A stretch of 64,000 nt of DNA from Acinetobacter phage Mokit: sequence record MW388002.1. One strand, given 5' to 3'. This document shows positions 27,117 to 40,977 of this stretch, piece by piece. The position numbers and the translations under genes were made by a program. The notes under the pieces are model-generated. The model ran no database searches. It was not told where the DNA came from and saw only the letters and a program-made list of their open reading frames with translations. Positions within the stretch are counted from its first letter, which is position 1; the number at the start of each line of letters is the position of its first letter.

Positions 27117-28933
27117 TGAAAGAATTAGTAAATATCGGACAAATGGTTGATGATGGCACTGGAGACTATTTGAGAGAAGGTGGAATAAAGATTAATAATA
27201 ACTTTACTGAAACCTACGATCAATTAGGCGATGGTAAAAATCTTCACCCTGCTGGAGCTTGGCAGACTATTGAAGCTCATAAATTACCAAATAACACATT
27301 AAATGCAGTGTTTGGAAAATCTTACGCAGTTGATACTGGTACATCTCGTGCTGTTATAAAATTGCCTAAAGGTACACCTGCAGACTACAACAAAGTAATT
27401 CGAATTCGAGATACGTTTTCGACCTGGCAAGCAAACTCGGTTACAATTGAGCCTGCTAGTGGCGACACACTTAAAGGTGGTGGTGCAAGAGTATTCACTA
27501 CAAATTTAACTGACCTTGAACTTGTGTATTGTCGTCCAAACCGCTGGGAATACCTTCCTAATAAACTCCTTAATAAAATTTCAAATGGCGACATCGCCAC
27601 TGTGATGAAAAAGGAATTTTTATGTACTGAAGGACAAACAGACTTTATTAATATCTTTGGCAACAGTGATTATAATTTAGTCAATACTCATGTTTATCTT
27701 CGAGGTAACCTATTGTATTACGGTGATGACTTTAGCGCAGATTCCGATTATGGGTCACCGGGTGCCGCAGCTGGACAGTTAGTTCCATTAGATGCAAGAA
27801 GCATTAGACTTAGAGTACCTGCAGCCAAAGGCGATTCACTCATGGTTGTTACCTACCTTGATGGTATTGCGCAATTTAGATCAACATATAATCGTTTAGA
27901 TTTATCTTTACTTGATAGTAAATTAACAAATGAAGAAACTGCTCCTGGTGCTAGACTGGTAACAGATTTAAGTTCTTTGACATCTATTACCGTAGAGCAA
28001 ATGGGCTATGTCTTTAATAGTAATAGCGGTCTTATCAATACTGAAACACTTGAAGTTTATTTGAATGGTGTTATTTTAAATATGGCCGGGCGTGCAGGTC
28101 TTCCAATGATGTATTGTGAAGGCGCAGATGCCAATAATTTAACAGATTGCCAACTTATGGGCGGTAATTGGACTCAATCTCATAAAGATTATACAATTAG
28201 TGTTAATGACAACGGTGCAATCACAAGTATTGAATTTGGAAGAAAATTTGAGCATGGCGACATTCTCACAATAAAATGGTACAATAATAATATTGGCACA
28301 ACAATGGAAATTGACGATATCACTGTTATTACAGATGATATGTATATAGCTCGTGGCGGTGAGTATGATATTACTAATGCAGTTCGAGTTACAGACTACT
28401 CAAATCCTGTTCTCCCGAATGTTGAACCAGAAGCTCCCAAATCAGTTCGTATCCAAGTCCCTGGCGATATGTTTGATTTATTGTATCCAATTGGCACCAT
28501 TTATGAAAATGCAATAAACAAAGCAAATCCTGTTACTTACATGGGCTTTGGTGTTTGGAAGCTCTGGGGTATGGCTAAAGTTTTAGTCGGTTGGAATGAT
28601 GATATTCAAGATACCCAATTTGGATTAAATAATAATGACTTGGACATCAACGGGCAGCCTACGCACACTGCTGGTGGTACCGGTGGTTCGAGAACCGTGT
28701 CAATTGACAATGATAACCTTCCTGCAACCTCTACAGATAAAGAAGTATTAGTTGCGGATAATGATGGTTCTGTTGTAATCGGTGGTTGTCAATTTGATCC
28801 AGACGATAGTGGTCCGGCATATCATAAGTATCGTCAAGAAAAAGCAACGACAAATATTTCACATGCGCCGCCTAAACCTATTGAAACATTAGATCCATAT
28901 ATCACAGTATATCGTTGGATGAGGATTGCATAA
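27116..28933 (+). CDS. 10: baseplate wedge and short-tail-fiber attachment gp10
   Basis: 605 aa, near the ~600 aa I recall for T4 gp10. Confidence 0.7.
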   Translation: MKELVNIGQMVDDGTGDYLREGGIKINNNFTETYDQLGDGKNLHPAGAWQTIEAHKLPNNTLNAVFGKSYAVDTGTSRAVIKLPKGTPADYNKVIRIRDTFSTWQANSVTIEPASGDTLKGGGARVFTTNLTDLELVYCRPNRWEYLPNKLLNKISNGDIATVMKKEFLCTEGQTDFINIFGNSDYNLVNTHVYLRGNLLYYGDDFSADSDYGSPGAAAGQLVPLDARSIRLRVPAAKGDSLMVVTYLDGIAQFRSTYNRLDLSLLDSKLTNEETAPGARLVTDLSSLTSITVEQMGYVFNSNSGLINTETLEVYLNGVILNMAGRAGLPMMYCEGADANNLTDCQLMGGNWTQSHKDYTISVNDNGAITSIEFGRKFEHGDILTIKWYNNNIGTTMEIDDITVITDDMYIARGGEYDITNAVRVTDYSNPVLPNVEPEAPKSVRIQVPGDMFDLLYPIGTIYENAINKANPVTYMGFGVWKLWGMAKVLVGWNDDIQDTQFGLNNNDLDINGQPTHTAGGTGGSRTVSIDNDNLPATSTDKEVLVADNDGSVVIGGCQFDPDDSGPAYHKYRQEKATTNISHAPPKPIETLDPYITVYRWMRIA

Positions 28934-29592
28934 TGGATAGCAAAAATTTATCATTAACACATAACACCTCAAGAGATGCTACTCATCATGAATTTGATGT
29001 TCAAGAAGGTAGTATTTTAGTAGGTAACAATCAGCCCGTCGGATCGCCAACAATTAGAAGTACTGCAAAAGGTGTTACGTACCCTAACGTTCAAGCTGCA
29101 ATTGACGATGTAGCTTCATTGTATGAACTTCCACTCAATACTGTCATTATAACAGATGACGGTATTGCGCCAGGAGGTCGTCCTCAACAAGATGAGTTCA
29201 AATTCGCAGGAATTGTATCTTATCCGGGCAAAAGTACTAATGATCCAGTCCAATTTAACTTTTTAGGATTTGTCGTAACTGTACTAGTCGGTGAAACGGG
29301 TGAAATGGTCGCTGCTAAAGTCCTTAGAGAGCTTCAAATCGCAATGGCTAATAAACTTGTTATAAATCGAGTCAATTTCGGTGCGTCGAACGACATCTTA
29401 CAAATAGTTTACAATGATTGCCAAAAGCATGTTATTGAGGAATTTGTTGAATGTGGTATACGCATTACACAGACAGTACTTACACCTGCTCGAACAGGGT
29501 ATGGAGTTTGGTCACGCCTCGGAACACAGACAATTAAATTGGACGGCGCTACTGGCGATTCAGTGTTATATTACTATAAGAGAGTAAGCTAA
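28933..29592 (+). CDS. 11: baseplate wedge gp11 (219 aa)
   Basis: ATG overlaps the gp10 TAA as TAATG, with a GAGGA RBS. The C-terminal ...GYGVWSRLGTQTIKLDG... resembles T4 gp11. Confidence 0.7.
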   Translation: MDSKNLSLTHNTSRDATHHEFDVQEGSILVGNNQPVGSPTIRSTAKGVTYPNVQAAIDDVASLYELPLNTVIITDDGIAPGGRPQQDEFKFAGIVSYPGKSTNDPVQFNFLGFVVTVLVGETGEMVAAKVLRELQIAMANKLVINRVNFGASNDILQIVYNDCQKHVIEEFVECGIRITQTVLTPARTGYGVWSRLGTQTIKLDGATGDSVLYYYKRVS

Positions 29593-31118
29593 TGGCATTT
29601 ACACCGTTAAACAATACATATAAACATATTGCGGATGATGCAAAGTATATATCATTCGACCCTGTTGGGACAAATTTCCCGTCAACAGTAAAAGATGTCC
29701 AATCTGCACTCAAACTGACATCGCCTACTGCATATGCCACGACCACACAACCTGGTGTGGTCACATTGGCTACTCGCGATGAAGTTCTCGCTGGCACAGA
29801 CAATAAAAAGGTTGTTACACCTTATACATTGAGTGAGCGTCTCAAATTTCCTGATGCTACTACTACTGTTAAAGGCCTAGTAACATTGGCAACAAATGAT
29901 GAGGCCAATACAGGTACATTAACAATAAATAAAGCAATAAACCCAGCAAGTTTAAAATATACATTAGATCAATGGTGGAAGAAATTCTCTTCTGAAACTG
30001 CCTATGGCGTTATAAAATTATCTACACAACAAGCTGCTCAAGCCGGTGTAGATGATTCTACAGCAATGACTCCACTTAAGGTAAAACAAGCCATTGCAGC
30101 TGCAACTGCTAATATTCCGCAGCCTACTACTGCAACAGAAACTGCACCAGGTCTTGTACAATTAGCAACTATTGGACAAGCCCAAGCAGGTACATTGCGT
30201 GATGGGTACGCGGTCTCTCCGTATACTTTGCAACGTATAACAGGGAGCCTGACAACTAGGGGTATGGTTCAAGCGGCTACTCTTGCTCAAGCTAATGTTG
30301 GTACGGACGATTCATTATACATTTCCGCAAAAGGCTTCAAAACGTATAATGCTAATGCATCAAATTATGGTACTGTCAAATTAACAGATACTCCTGGCGC
30401 AATTGGACCGGGGCTAGTTTTAAGTTCAACTGCCAAAGTTCTAAGTACTATTTCTACAGGTGTTCAAACTGTGACAGGTGAAGTGAATTTCACCGGCACA
30501 CTAAAATATAAGTCATCACCTGTTTCATCTGAACAATTTGTTAGAGATTCTATTCCTATCGGATCAGTACAAATGTGGTTAGGAACTACAGCGCCTGCTG
30601 GAGGCCTATGGGCAATCTGTGACGGTGGTGCAGAGTCAAGAGCAGCACGTCCGGATCTATTTGCAGTAATTGGATATAGATTTGGTGGCTCTGGTGACGT
30701 ATTCTATCGCCCTGATATGCGTGGATTATTTGTTCGAGGAGCAGGTGTCGGCAAAGATATTCAAAATGCTACTGGTACTGATGAATTTGGCAAGCCAAAA
30801 TTAGGGAATAATGCATTTGGAGCAGGTGTCGGCGAAGTGCAACCTCAACAGATCCGTGAACACCAACACGTGACTCCATTTGGTGAAGCGTATACTGGTG
30901 GATCACGTTGGCCTTGGGGAAGAACTACATTGGCAGGAAAATTTGGTTCTAACGGCGGAGAAGATTGGGATAACTATTATCCATTCAGTAATAATGGACG
31001 AGAAATTGAAGACGCTGCAATTAGAACATCATACACTACAGTGAATAGTAAAGATTTGATAGGCGGAGAATCTAGACCATGGAACATGTCAGTAAATTAT
31101 ATTATTAAGGTGGCTTAA
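29592..31118 (+). CDS. 12: short tail fibre gp12
   Basis: 508 aa, near the ~530 aa I recall for T4 gp12; repeated TxxGxVxLAT motifs and a T4-like C-terminal receptor-binding region. Confidence 0.7.
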   Translation: MAFTPLNNTYKHIADDAKYISFDPVGTNFPSTVKDVQSALKLTSPTAYATTTQPGVVTLATRDEVLAGTDNKKVVTPYTLSERLKFPDATTTVKGLVTLATNDEANTGTLTINKAINPASLKYTLDQWWKKFSSETAYGVIKLSTQQAAQAGVDDSTAMTPLKVKQAIAAATANIPQPTTATETAPGLVQLATIGQAQAGTLRDGYAVSPYTLQRITGSLTTRGMVQAATLAQANVGTDDSLYISAKGFKTYNANASNYGTVKLTDTPGAIGPGLVLSSTAKVLSTISTGVQTVTGEVNFTGTLKYKSSPVSSEQFVRDSIPIGSVQMWLGTTAPAGGLWAICDGGAESRAARPDLFAVIGYRFGGSGDVFYRPDMRGLFVRGAGVGKDIQNATGTDEFGKPKLGNNAFGAGVGEVQPQQIREHQHVTPFGEAYTGGSRWPWGRTTLAGKFGSNGGEDWDNYYPFSNNGREIEDAAIRTSYTTVNSKDLIGGESRPWNMSVNYIIKVA

Positions 31119-32995
31119 TGAATAGTATCAATAAACTCCCATTTATAGATGGGATTCCACAAGAAGGGCAATCTCGCCTTTCTTGGATTAAAGACGGCGA
31201 ATTGCTAGAGGGCGCTAAAACTCGATTCGGTAGTGAAGGCAATTTGAATAAAGTCGACAAAGAGCTTCAAGAAAACATCGCAGTAATTTGTGGTATTATT
31301 GATGACATTGGTGCTTTATATAGCCTCCACACAGAAGATATCGAGAAAATTAAAGCGATTTTAGCTGATGTCGGCAATGCAGATTTAATTACTCAAGTAA
31401 ATAAAAATAGCGACGACATTAAAACTATTGACACAATTATTAATACGTTAAATAATGAAGTACAAGAGGCCACTACAAATTTAACATCGTTAAGTGATTT
31501 AGTAGGAAGTCGTAATCCATTAGAAGATGGAACGATGTCTGTATTTGAAAATTTGCATTTCATAAAGACGGTTGTAGGTAATGAAGCAGAATTTGATATT
31601 AACGGTAACTCAGCTCCTAATAACCCTGAATCTGGCCTAATTTCTAGAATAAGCGCGGTTTTGGCACAAGCTGTACAAAATCGTGATAAGATTCAACAAA
31701 TTGAAGAATCATTAGACTCTGCCAATTTTGATGAATTAGAAACTAAGGTTCTCAACATTAGAACAGAACTAGGCTCGTCTCCAGGGTCAACAACGGTTTA
31801 TGAACGCCTTGATAGAATCGAGAGCAACGAAGTAGATACAGATGCTCGCCTAGATAAGATTGAACTTTCGATAGGAGGTCCGGGCAAAATCATTGATGCC
31901 GTAGACACAAACTCAAGAGATATACTCACACTTAGCAATCATATTTCCGGTGCAAATGGTGTTGACGCCAAAATCGAAGCTCTTAATACTGCGGTGTTTG
32001 TACAAGGTACAGGTATTGCCGATAGGGTTGATGCAATTGATCTCAAAGTCACAAATTTAGATAAGGTAGTAAATGATCCAACTACTGGATTAGTTCAAGC
32101 AAATATCTTTTTGCGAGATACAATAGGGGTTGATAATGCAAATTCTACAAGTGTCCTAGGGCGTCTGAATATTCTAGAAGACAACTCGTCTGGTACTGCC
32201 AATGCCGTTCAAGATTTACAGTTAGTTGTAGGCAATACAACTACAGGTCTTGTCGCAGATTCAAGTAAGCACGGCAAATCATTATATGGCGATTCTACTG
32301 CATCCGATCCCGTAGATAAAGCCGGTGTCGTAAGTGCAACTAAAAGCGTTTATACAGGCCTTAATGATGCAAATGTTGCAATCAAAGGTTTATATGATAG
32401 GATGAAATATAATGGGCTGAAATACTCTAGTTTATCTGATGCTACAGTAGATGCAAATGACATCACAATATCATCTATGCTGAATATGACTCTTGCAAAA
32501 TCTGTTAAATCTCCTAATGGTATTGCTAATATTTCACAACAAAATGATTTTGCCGATGCGATTAAGTCGGATGTTGTATTAGTCAATATTGGCACATGGG
32601 ACTATGCGTTCAACACGCCATTAGGTTCTAAAGCTGATGCATCAAGTGAATATAGCGGATCAGTGTCATTCTATAATGAAGTATTCAAACTTTTTGATAA
32701 AATCTTGACTGCAACATCAAAAACGCGGGTATTTGTTACTAATGGATATAGATCTACATTATTTACTGATGGAGTCAAGTATCCAGAGGCTAATAGCGAA
32801 TCACATACATTAGATGATTACTCTACAGCTATTAGTGAAGTCGCTAAAATGTTCGGGATTCCTGTTATAGATACTAATAACGAATTTGGTCTTTATCATA
32901 AGAACTCTGCGTTATTTTTAACTGCATCTGGATTTACAAATGCTGGCTCACAAAGATTTGTTAACCTTGTTGTTGGCCAAATAAATTCTAAATAA
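31118..32995 (+). CDS. wac: fibritin (wac) neck whisker with a non-T4 C-terminal domain
   Basis: 625 aa coiled-coil-rich protein between genes 12 and 13; followed by a terminator at 33000-33017. Confidence 0.6.
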   Translation: MNSINKLPFIDGIPQEGQSRLSWIKDGELLEGAKTRFGSEGNLNKVDKELQENIAVICGIIDDIGALYSLHTEDIEKIKAILADVGNADLITQVNKNSDDIKTIDTIINTLNNEVQEATTNLTSLSDLVGSRNPLEDGTMSVFENLHFIKTVVGNEAEFDINGNSAPNNPESGLISRISAVLAQAVQNRDKIQQIEESLDSANFDELETKVLNIRTELGSSPGSTTVYERLDRIESNEVDTDARLDKIELSIGGPGKIIDAVDTNSRDILTLSNHISGANGVDAKIEALNTAVFVQGTGIADRVDAIDLKVTNLDKVVNDPTTGLVQANIFLRDTIGVDNANSTSVLGRLNILEDNSSGTANAVQDLQLVVGNTTTGLVADSSKHGKSLYGDSTASDPVDKAGVVSATKSVYTGLNDANVAIKGLYDRMKYNGLKYSSLSDATVDANDITISSMLNMTLAKSVKSPNGIANISQQNDFADAIKSDVVLVNIGTWDYAFNTPLGSKADASSEYSGSVSFYNEVFKLFDKILTATSKTRVFVTNGYRSTLFTDGVKYPEANSESHTLDDYSTAISEVAKMFGIPVIDTNNEFGLYHKNSALFLTASGFTNAGSQRFVNLVVGQINSK

Positions 32996-32999
32996 AAAT

Positions 33000-33017
33000 A
33001 AGGCCTTCGGGCCTTTT
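33000..33017 (+). terminator. intrinsic terminator AAGGCCTTCGGGCCTTTT after wac
   Basis: GC-rich 6-bp stem, TTCG tetraloop, T run. Confidence 0.55.
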
Positions 33018-33945
33018 GAGGTATTACATGTTTACAGAACCTAAAACACCTAAACAACTTAAAGATCACATTTTGATGCGTTTAGGTGCGCCAATTATTA
33101 AAATAGAAGTAACAGAACAGCAGATAATGCACTGTATTCAACGAGCATTAGAGTTATATGGCGAGTATCATTACAACGGACTGAACAAAACCTTTATGTG
33201 GGTTTATGTAGGAGATGATGAACAATACAAAAATGGAGTTTTTGATTTATCAAATGAAAATATTTTTGCTATAACACAAGTCATTAGAGGCAATACTGGT
33301 GCATTATTAACAATGGATGGTTCTGCTACTTATCCATGGGTAACTGACTTTATTCTAGGATTAGCTGGTGTAAACGGATGTTCTTCTGCACAATCATTTG
33401 GTCCAAATGCATATGGCGCAAATCTTAGTTACTACACATCGGTTATGCAATACTGGACAATACTTCAGAATATGCTTAATCCCGTGCCAGACTATTGGTT
33501 TAATGATGACACCGGGCAATTGAAATTATCCGGAAATTTTAAAAAGGGCGATTTTATGTTCCTTGAAGTATGGACAAAATCATTTGTTGACACAGGTCCA
33601 TCCGTTGGCACATATGCAGGATATGCATATGCTCAACCTGAACAAGACCCATGGACATTATCTGAAACATATAATAATGCAAATCGACGAGTTGCGGGAT
33701 ATAGAGCAGGTGAAAATGCAGGTGTCAAACAAGGTGCATTTAATAATCGCTGGGTAAAAGATTATGCAACGGCATTAGTCAAAGAACTCAATGGCCAAAT
33801 TTTAGCCAAGCACCAAGGCATGCAATTAGCTGGTGGTACCACAGTAGATGGATTGCGTCTTATCGAAGAATCACGAATAGAAAAAGAACGCTTACGTGAC
33901 GAATTAGATTTATTAGCAGCTCCACCTGGAATTTTAATGGGGTAA
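33016..33945 (+). CDS. 13: neck protein gp13
   Basis: 309 aa; synteny. Confidence 0.7.
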   Translation: MRYYMFTEPKTPKQLKDHILMRLGAPIIKIEVTEQQIMHCIQRALELYGEYHYNGLNKTFMWVYVGDDEQYKNGVFDLSNENIFAITQVIRGNTGALLTMDGSATYPWVTDFILGLAGVNGCSSAQSFGPNAYGANLSYYTSVMQYWTILQNMLNPVPDYWFNDDTGQLKLSGNFKKGDFMFLEVWTKSFVDTGPSVGTYAGYAYAQPEQDPWTLSETYNNANRRVAGYRAGENAGVKQGAFNNRWVKDYATALVKELNGQILAKHQGMQLAGGTTVDGLRLIEESRIEKERLRDELDLLAAPPGILMG

Positions 33946-33948
33946 GAT

Positions 33949-34719
33949 ATGACTACATTCGATAGTAGCTTGTTTGCTAAGCTAGAAGACGGTACAGGAT
34001 ATGATAAAACAAATACGTCTGAAGTACTTAACCCATATGTAAATTTCTATCATCATGAAAATACACAAACTCTCCAAGACGTACTTGTTGCAGAAAGCAT
34101 TCAAATGCGAGGAGTTGAGTGCTACTATTTGCCATCAGAATTTGTCAATAAAGATGAACTATTTGGTGAAGACCCATCAAGAAAATTCAACAAAGCTTGG
34201 AAATTTGCGGCATACTTGGATTCATTTGAAGGATATTCAGGAAGCAATACATTCTTCAGCAAATTTGGTATGACTGTTAATGATGAAGTTACAATAACTG
34301 TCAATCCAAATTTATTCAAACATCAAGTCAATGGTGCAGAGCCTAAAGAAGGTGATTTGTTCTATTTTGCAATGGACAAATCATTGTTTGAAATTACATG
34401 GGTTGAGCCATACACTCCATTTTATCAGGTAGGCTCTAATGCAATGCGTCGGATTACTGCACAGAAATTTGTTTATTCTGGAGAAGAGATCAAACCCGTC
34501 CTACAGGTTAATGAAGGCATCAACATCCCCGAATTTAGTGAGCTTGATTTAGATCCTATTCATGCGCTTAATGGCATTCATGATATTAAGACTGACCAGT
34601 ATATAGAATCGGATGAAATCAATAATGAAGGTAAAGAAATCATAGAACCTTATGTTGTCATAAACAACAAAGGGATTATGGGAGACGGAACGCCTTTTGA
34701 CGATTTTATGGACTCATAA
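33949..34719 (+). CDS. 14: neck protein gp14
   Basis: 256 aa; synteny. Confidence 0.7.
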   Translation: MTTFDSSLFAKLEDGTGYDKTNTSEVLNPYVNFYHHENTQTLQDVLVAESIQMRGVECYYLPSEFVNKDELFGEDPSRKFNKAWKFAAYLDSFEGYSGSNTFFSKFGMTVNDEVTITVNPNLFKHQVNGAEPKEGDLFYFAMDKSLFEITWVEPYTPFYQVGSNAMRRITAQKFVYSGEEIKPVLQVNEGINIPEFSELDLDPIHALNGIHDIKTDQYIESDEINNEGKEIIEPYVVINNKGIMGDGTPFDDFMDS

Positions 34720-34770
34720 ATACATTTATCATAGAGGGCATTGCCCTCTCACGGAATAAGGAGAATCAAA

Positions 34771-35595
34771 ATTTTTGGTTATTGGTACAACTCGTCTATT
34801 AGGCGCTATTGCGTCTTGATGGGAGATTTATTTTCCCATGTTCAAGTCATGAGACAACGAGATAATGACAAGATTGACTTGATCAAAGTTCCTATTACGT
34901 TTTCGTCGAAGGAACGATTCATAGAAAAATTAGATACAGTGACTTCTGTTAACAATAATGGACCTGTAGCAAAAGTAGAAACTATTTTGCCTAGAATGTG
35001 TTTAAATTTAGTTGATATACTTTACAATGGGCAGTATAAAACAAGCGTTACTAACAGAACGGTTAAAACGCCAGCAAAGGCTCAAAATTTAGTATCTCAA
35101 TATAACCCGGTCCCAGTTAAATTTATTTTTGAACTCGGCATATACACTCGTCATCAAGATGACATGTTCCAAATAATTGAACAAATTTGGCCATATTTCC
35201 AACCGCATTTTTCAACTCAAATGAAAGAACTATTTGGAAATGACATCACATTTGACAGAAATATCCGAGTTGTGCTCCAGTCATTATCATTTGATAATCA
35301 AATTGACACGGATAAAACTACTCGACGGCGCCTTCAAACAGATTTTATCTTTGAGGTCAATGGATGGTTATATCCACCTGTAGCAGAAATAAAAGGTGAA
35401 ATTAAAACGATCTATTTAGATTTGTTTGCCAATGAAAAGACTCTAACACATGACGGCGTATTTGAATCAGTGGACACTCAAATTAGACCTATTGATGCAA
35501 CAAAAGACAATTGGGATGGCGAGTTTGCTCAAGGACAATCAGTTGGTATACCTATTCCTACTGCACCAGAAGAGCCCCATATAAGGAGAAATTAA
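34771..35595 (+). CDS. 15: tail sheath stabiliser and completion protein gp15; apparent ATT start
   Basis: AAGGAG at 34758-34763 then ATT at 34771. The product begins (M)[21 protein letters not shown], matching the T4 gp15 N-terminus MFGYFYNSSFRRY. The only in-frame upstream start is a TTG at 34741 inside a hairpin, with no RBS. Confidence 0.6.
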   Translation: MFGYWYNSSIRRYCVLMGDLFSHVQVMRQRDNDKIDLIKVPITFSSKERFIEKLDTVTSVNNNGPVAKVETILPRMCLNLVDILYNGQYKTSVTNRTVKTPAKAQNLVSQYNPVPVKFIFELGIYTRHQDDMFQIIEQIWPYFQPHFSTQMKELFGNDITFDRNIRVVLQSLSFDNQIDTDKTTRRRLQTDFIFEVNGWLYPPVAEIKGEIKTIYLDLFANEKTLTHDGVFESVDTQIRPIDATKDNWDGEFAQGQSVGIPIPTAPEEPHIRRN

Positions 35596-36076
35596 TGCAA
35601 GACATCATGGCGCAAATCATGGATTGTACTGATTTGCCTGGAATGGAAGGAGAAGAGTTAGTAGTTTATAAGCCCTTGGAACTTGAAGAAGTAATAAGCA
35701 ATCCGACGAACCGGACTCCTGATCTAGAGTCAGATTATTCCATTGTACGAAAAAATATGCACTTCCAGCAACAAATGTTAATGGACGCAGCAAAAATATT
35801 CTTAGAAACTGCAAAAAATGCAGACAGCCCAAGACATATGGAAGTTTTTGCTACACTTATGGGGCAAATGACTACAACTAATAAAGAAATCCTTAAACTC
35901 CACAAAGAGATGAAGGATATTACAAACGAGACTACAACAGCTGGCAAAGGCGATGAGAAGCCTAATGTCAACATTGAAAATGCACATGTCTTCGTCGGTG
36001 GTCCAACGGATATGATGGACAAATTTGGCGATGGATTTGAAACTAGAACCCGTAATATGCAAGTGGTAGATGAACA

Positions 36077-36080
<4 letters not shown>
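35595..36080 (+). CDS. 16: terminase small subunit gp16
   Basis: ATG overlaps the gp15 TAA (TAATG); AAGGAG RBS; block [43 protein letters not shown] matches T4 gp16. Confidence 0.8.
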
Positions 36081-38324
<2,244 letters not shown>

Positions 38325-38329
38325 ATATT

Positions 38330-38337
38330 GAAAAATA
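38330..38337 (+). promoter_or_regulatory. late promoter TATAAATA upstream of gene 18
   Basis: Exact 8-mer ~20 nt upstream of ATG 38356 (RBS CAGGAG). Confidence 0.6.
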
Positions 38338-38355
38338 AAATAAACAGGAGTCAAA

Positions 38356-40332
38356 ATGGCTTTATTATCACCTGGTATTGAACTAAAAGAGAATACCACA
38401 CAAAGTACAGTAGTACAGAATGCCACTGGGCGTGCTGCAATGGCCGGCAAGTTCCAATGGGGACCTGCATATCAAGTAATTCAAGTTACAAATGAAGTAG
38501 AATTAGTAGATTTATTCGGTCGCCCTAACAACCTCACATCAGAATATTTTATGTCTGCTGCGAATTTCTTACAGTACGGTAATGATCTGCGCCTTGTACG
38601 TGCAGTTAACGAAGAAGTGGCCAAAAACTCAAGCCCTATTGCAGGCAATGTTAAATTCACAATTTCCTCTGCTGGTAACAACTATAAAGTCGGGGACAAA
38701 ATTACCGTTAAGTATACATCTACTACAATCGAATCTGATGGACGTGTAACTAAAGTAGACGCAGACGGCAAAATTACTGGAATCTTTATTCCTACTGATA
38801 AAATTATTGCATATTCAAAATCAATCGGGCAGTATCCTGCACTTAGCGATGCATGGGTTACTGAAGTTACTTCAGTAACAGGTATACAAGGTGCAATTAA
38901 CCTAGGATCAATTGAAACTGACTCTGGTATCATTCTCACCGACCCGGACAATGCCGTACCTCGCATGACATCAACATCATTCCAAGAGTCGTTGAAAAAA
39001 TATGGTATGCCTGGTGTAGTTGCTTTATATCCAGGTGAAACTGGTGATCAACTTGAAATTGAAATTGTTTCTAAAGCCGATTATGACAAAGGCTCACCAA
39101 TTTTAAATGTATATCCTTCAGGCGGTACTCGAGTATCTGTCGCTAAAGGTGTATTTGGGTATGGTCCGCAAACTGATGACCAGTACGCTTTCATTGTAAG
39201 ACGTAATGGTGAAGTCGTAGAAAATTATATTCTTTCTACTAAGCAAGGTGACAAAGACATCTATGGAAGCAATATTTTCCTCGATGATTATTTTGCTCGT
39301 GGCTCAAGTAATTACATCTTTGCAACTTCTACTGGATTTCCTAAAGGCTTCTCAGGTATCATTAAACTTAATGGTGGCCTTTCTGCAAATGAAGCCGTAA
39401 CCGCTGGAGATTTAATGCTTGCATGGGATAAATTTGCTGACGCTGAAGCACTTCATGTCAACCTAATGATTGCCGGATCATGTGCAGGTGAATCCCCTGA
39501 AATCGCTTCTACTGTACAAAAACATGTAGTGTCATTGGCCGACGAACGACGTGACTGTTTAGTACTTATTTCTCCGCCTCGTGAAACAATTGTAGACGTT
39601 GGTCCAACTCGCGCAGTAGATAATCTTATTGCATGGCGTGAAGGTACTGGCGAATATGACACTGCAAACATGAACATTAGTTCAACATATGCATTTATTG
39701 ATGGCAACTACAAATATCAATATGACAAATACAATGATGTTAACCGCTGGGTGCCATTAGCCGGTGATATCGCTGGATTATGTGCTCGTACTGATGATAT
39801 TTCTCAACCGTGGATGTCTCCAGCAGGCTATCAACGTGGTCAATTGTTGAATGTTGTCAAGTTGGCTATCGAACCTCGTAAAGCACAACGTGACCGTATG
39901 TATCAAGATGCAATCAATCCGGTTATTGGTGCAAATGGCGGAGACGGATTCGTGTTGTTTGGTGACAAAACTGCAACAAAAGTTCCTTCACCGTTTGACC
40001 GAGTAAACGTTCGTCGTTTATTCAATATGCTTAAAAAGAATATTGGTGATGCTTCTAAATTCCGTTTATTCGAAATTAACGATGCATTCACACGTAGTGC
40101 CTTCCGCATGGAAACTTCGCAATATCTTTCAGGCATTCGTTCTTTGGGCGGTGTATATGATTTCCGAGTAGTTTGTAATGAGACTAATAACACACCGGCG
40201 GTTATTGATCGAAATGAATTTGTTGCAACATTCTACATCAAACCGGCGCGGTCGATAAATTTTATTCAATTGAATTTTGTAGCTACTGCTACATCTGCAG
40301 ATTTTGATGAATTGATTGGCAAACAACAATAA
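38356..40332 (+). CDS. 18: tail sheath protein gp18
   Basis: 658 aa, near the ~660 aa I recall for T4 gp18; late promoter at 38330-38337. Confidence 0.85.
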   Translation: MALLSPGIELKENTTQSTVVQNATGRAAMAGKFQWGPAYQVIQVTNEVELVDLFGRPNNLTSEYFMSAANFLQYGNDLRLVRAVNEEVAKNSSPIAGNVKFTISSAGNNYKVGDKITVKYTSTTIESDGRVTKVDADGKITGIFIPTDKIIAYSKSIGQYPALSDAWVTEVTSVTGIQGAINLGSIETDSGIILTDPDNAVPRMTSTSFQESLKKYGMPGVVALYPGETGDQLEIEIVSKADYDKGSPILNVYPSGGTRVSVAKGVFGYGPQTDDQYAFIVRRNGEVVENYILSTKQGDKDIYGSNIFLDDYFARGSSNYIFATSTGFPKGFSGIIKLNGGLSANEAVTAGDLMLAWDKFADAEALHVNLMIAGSCAGESPEIASTVQKHVVSLADERRDCLVLISPPRETIVDVGPTRAVDNLIAWREGTGEYDTANMNISSTYAFIDGNYKYQYDKYNDVNRWVPLAGDIAGLCARTDDISQPWMSPAGYQRGQLLNVVKLAIEPRKAQRDRMYQDAINPVIGANGGDGFVLFGDKTATKVPSPFDRVNVRRLFNMLKKNIGDASKFRLFEINDAFTRSAFRMETSQYLSGIRSLGGVYDFRVVCNETNNTPAVIDRNEFVATFYIKPARSINFIQLNFVATATSADFDELIGKQQ

Positions 40333-40345
40333 TCTTATGGCTCTC

Positions 40346-40353
40346 TATAAATA
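40346..40353 (+). promoter_or_regulatory. late promoter TATAAATA upstream of the HNH endonuclease, embedded in a palindrome
   Basis: Exact 8-mer inside the hairpin GGCTCTCTATA...TATAGAGAGC (40339-40368). Confidence 0.55.
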
Positions 40354-40383
40354 AAAATATAGAGAGCTAATATTGAGATAGAG

Positions 40384-40968
40384 ATGATTATTGATAAAAC
40401 TGTTAAAGTTAAAATTGTTGCAAGCAATTTCAAATATTTTTCTGAACTTGGGTACAAGTTGAAGAAACTTGAACGTCGTAATGCAAATCCGCAAATCATT
40501 GATGTTAAAATTGAGCATTTAAAACCGGGCTCTAACGTTAGAGTCTCATGTAAATGTGATAGATGCTCTGAAATATACACACAACGGGTCTGTCGAGACA
40601 CCGACATTTGTTATCCTTGTAGAAAACATCTAAGTTTGCTTGGAAACAAACACGGTGCGGGCGGCGGTTACACCATCCCTTCAATGCAAGGTGAAAAACA
40701 CCCTAGATGGAATCCTAATAAATCTGAAAAACGAAAGTATGTAAATGAGTGCAATAAGGTTACTGCACGATTTGATTTAAGTACACTTGAAAATTCAGAT
40801 AAACCTCGCGGATTGTGTGGAGTAGAAGGCGCATATCAATTAGATCATATCATTCCTATCCAATACGGATTTGACAATAATATCTCTCCAGAAATAATTG
40901 GGCATATTGACAACCTAAGGTTTATCCCTTGGGAAGAAAATAATGCAAAAAGAGACAAAATAATTTAA
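40384..40968 (+). mobile_element. HNH homing endonuclease (194 aa) inserted between genes 18 and 19
   Basis: N-terminal Cys cluster (CKCDRCSEIYTQRVCRDTDICYPC) and C-terminal HNH motif AYQLDHIIPIQYGFDNN...NLRFIPWEENNAKRDK. Preceded by its own TATAAATA at 40346-40353. Confidence 0.7.
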
Positions 40969-40977
40969 GGAAATATA

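Noticed and set aside
32400-32995. Possible SGNH/GDSL esterase domain at the fibritin C-terminus
   Set aside because: I could not find a convincing GDS(L) serine block or DxxH block by eye. Left only as a divergent globular domain.
34741-34770. TTG start at 34741 offered by the ORF track for gp15
   Set aside because: It lies inside the gp14 terminator hairpin and has no RBS. The ATT at 34771 with an AAGGAG RBS matches the homology start.
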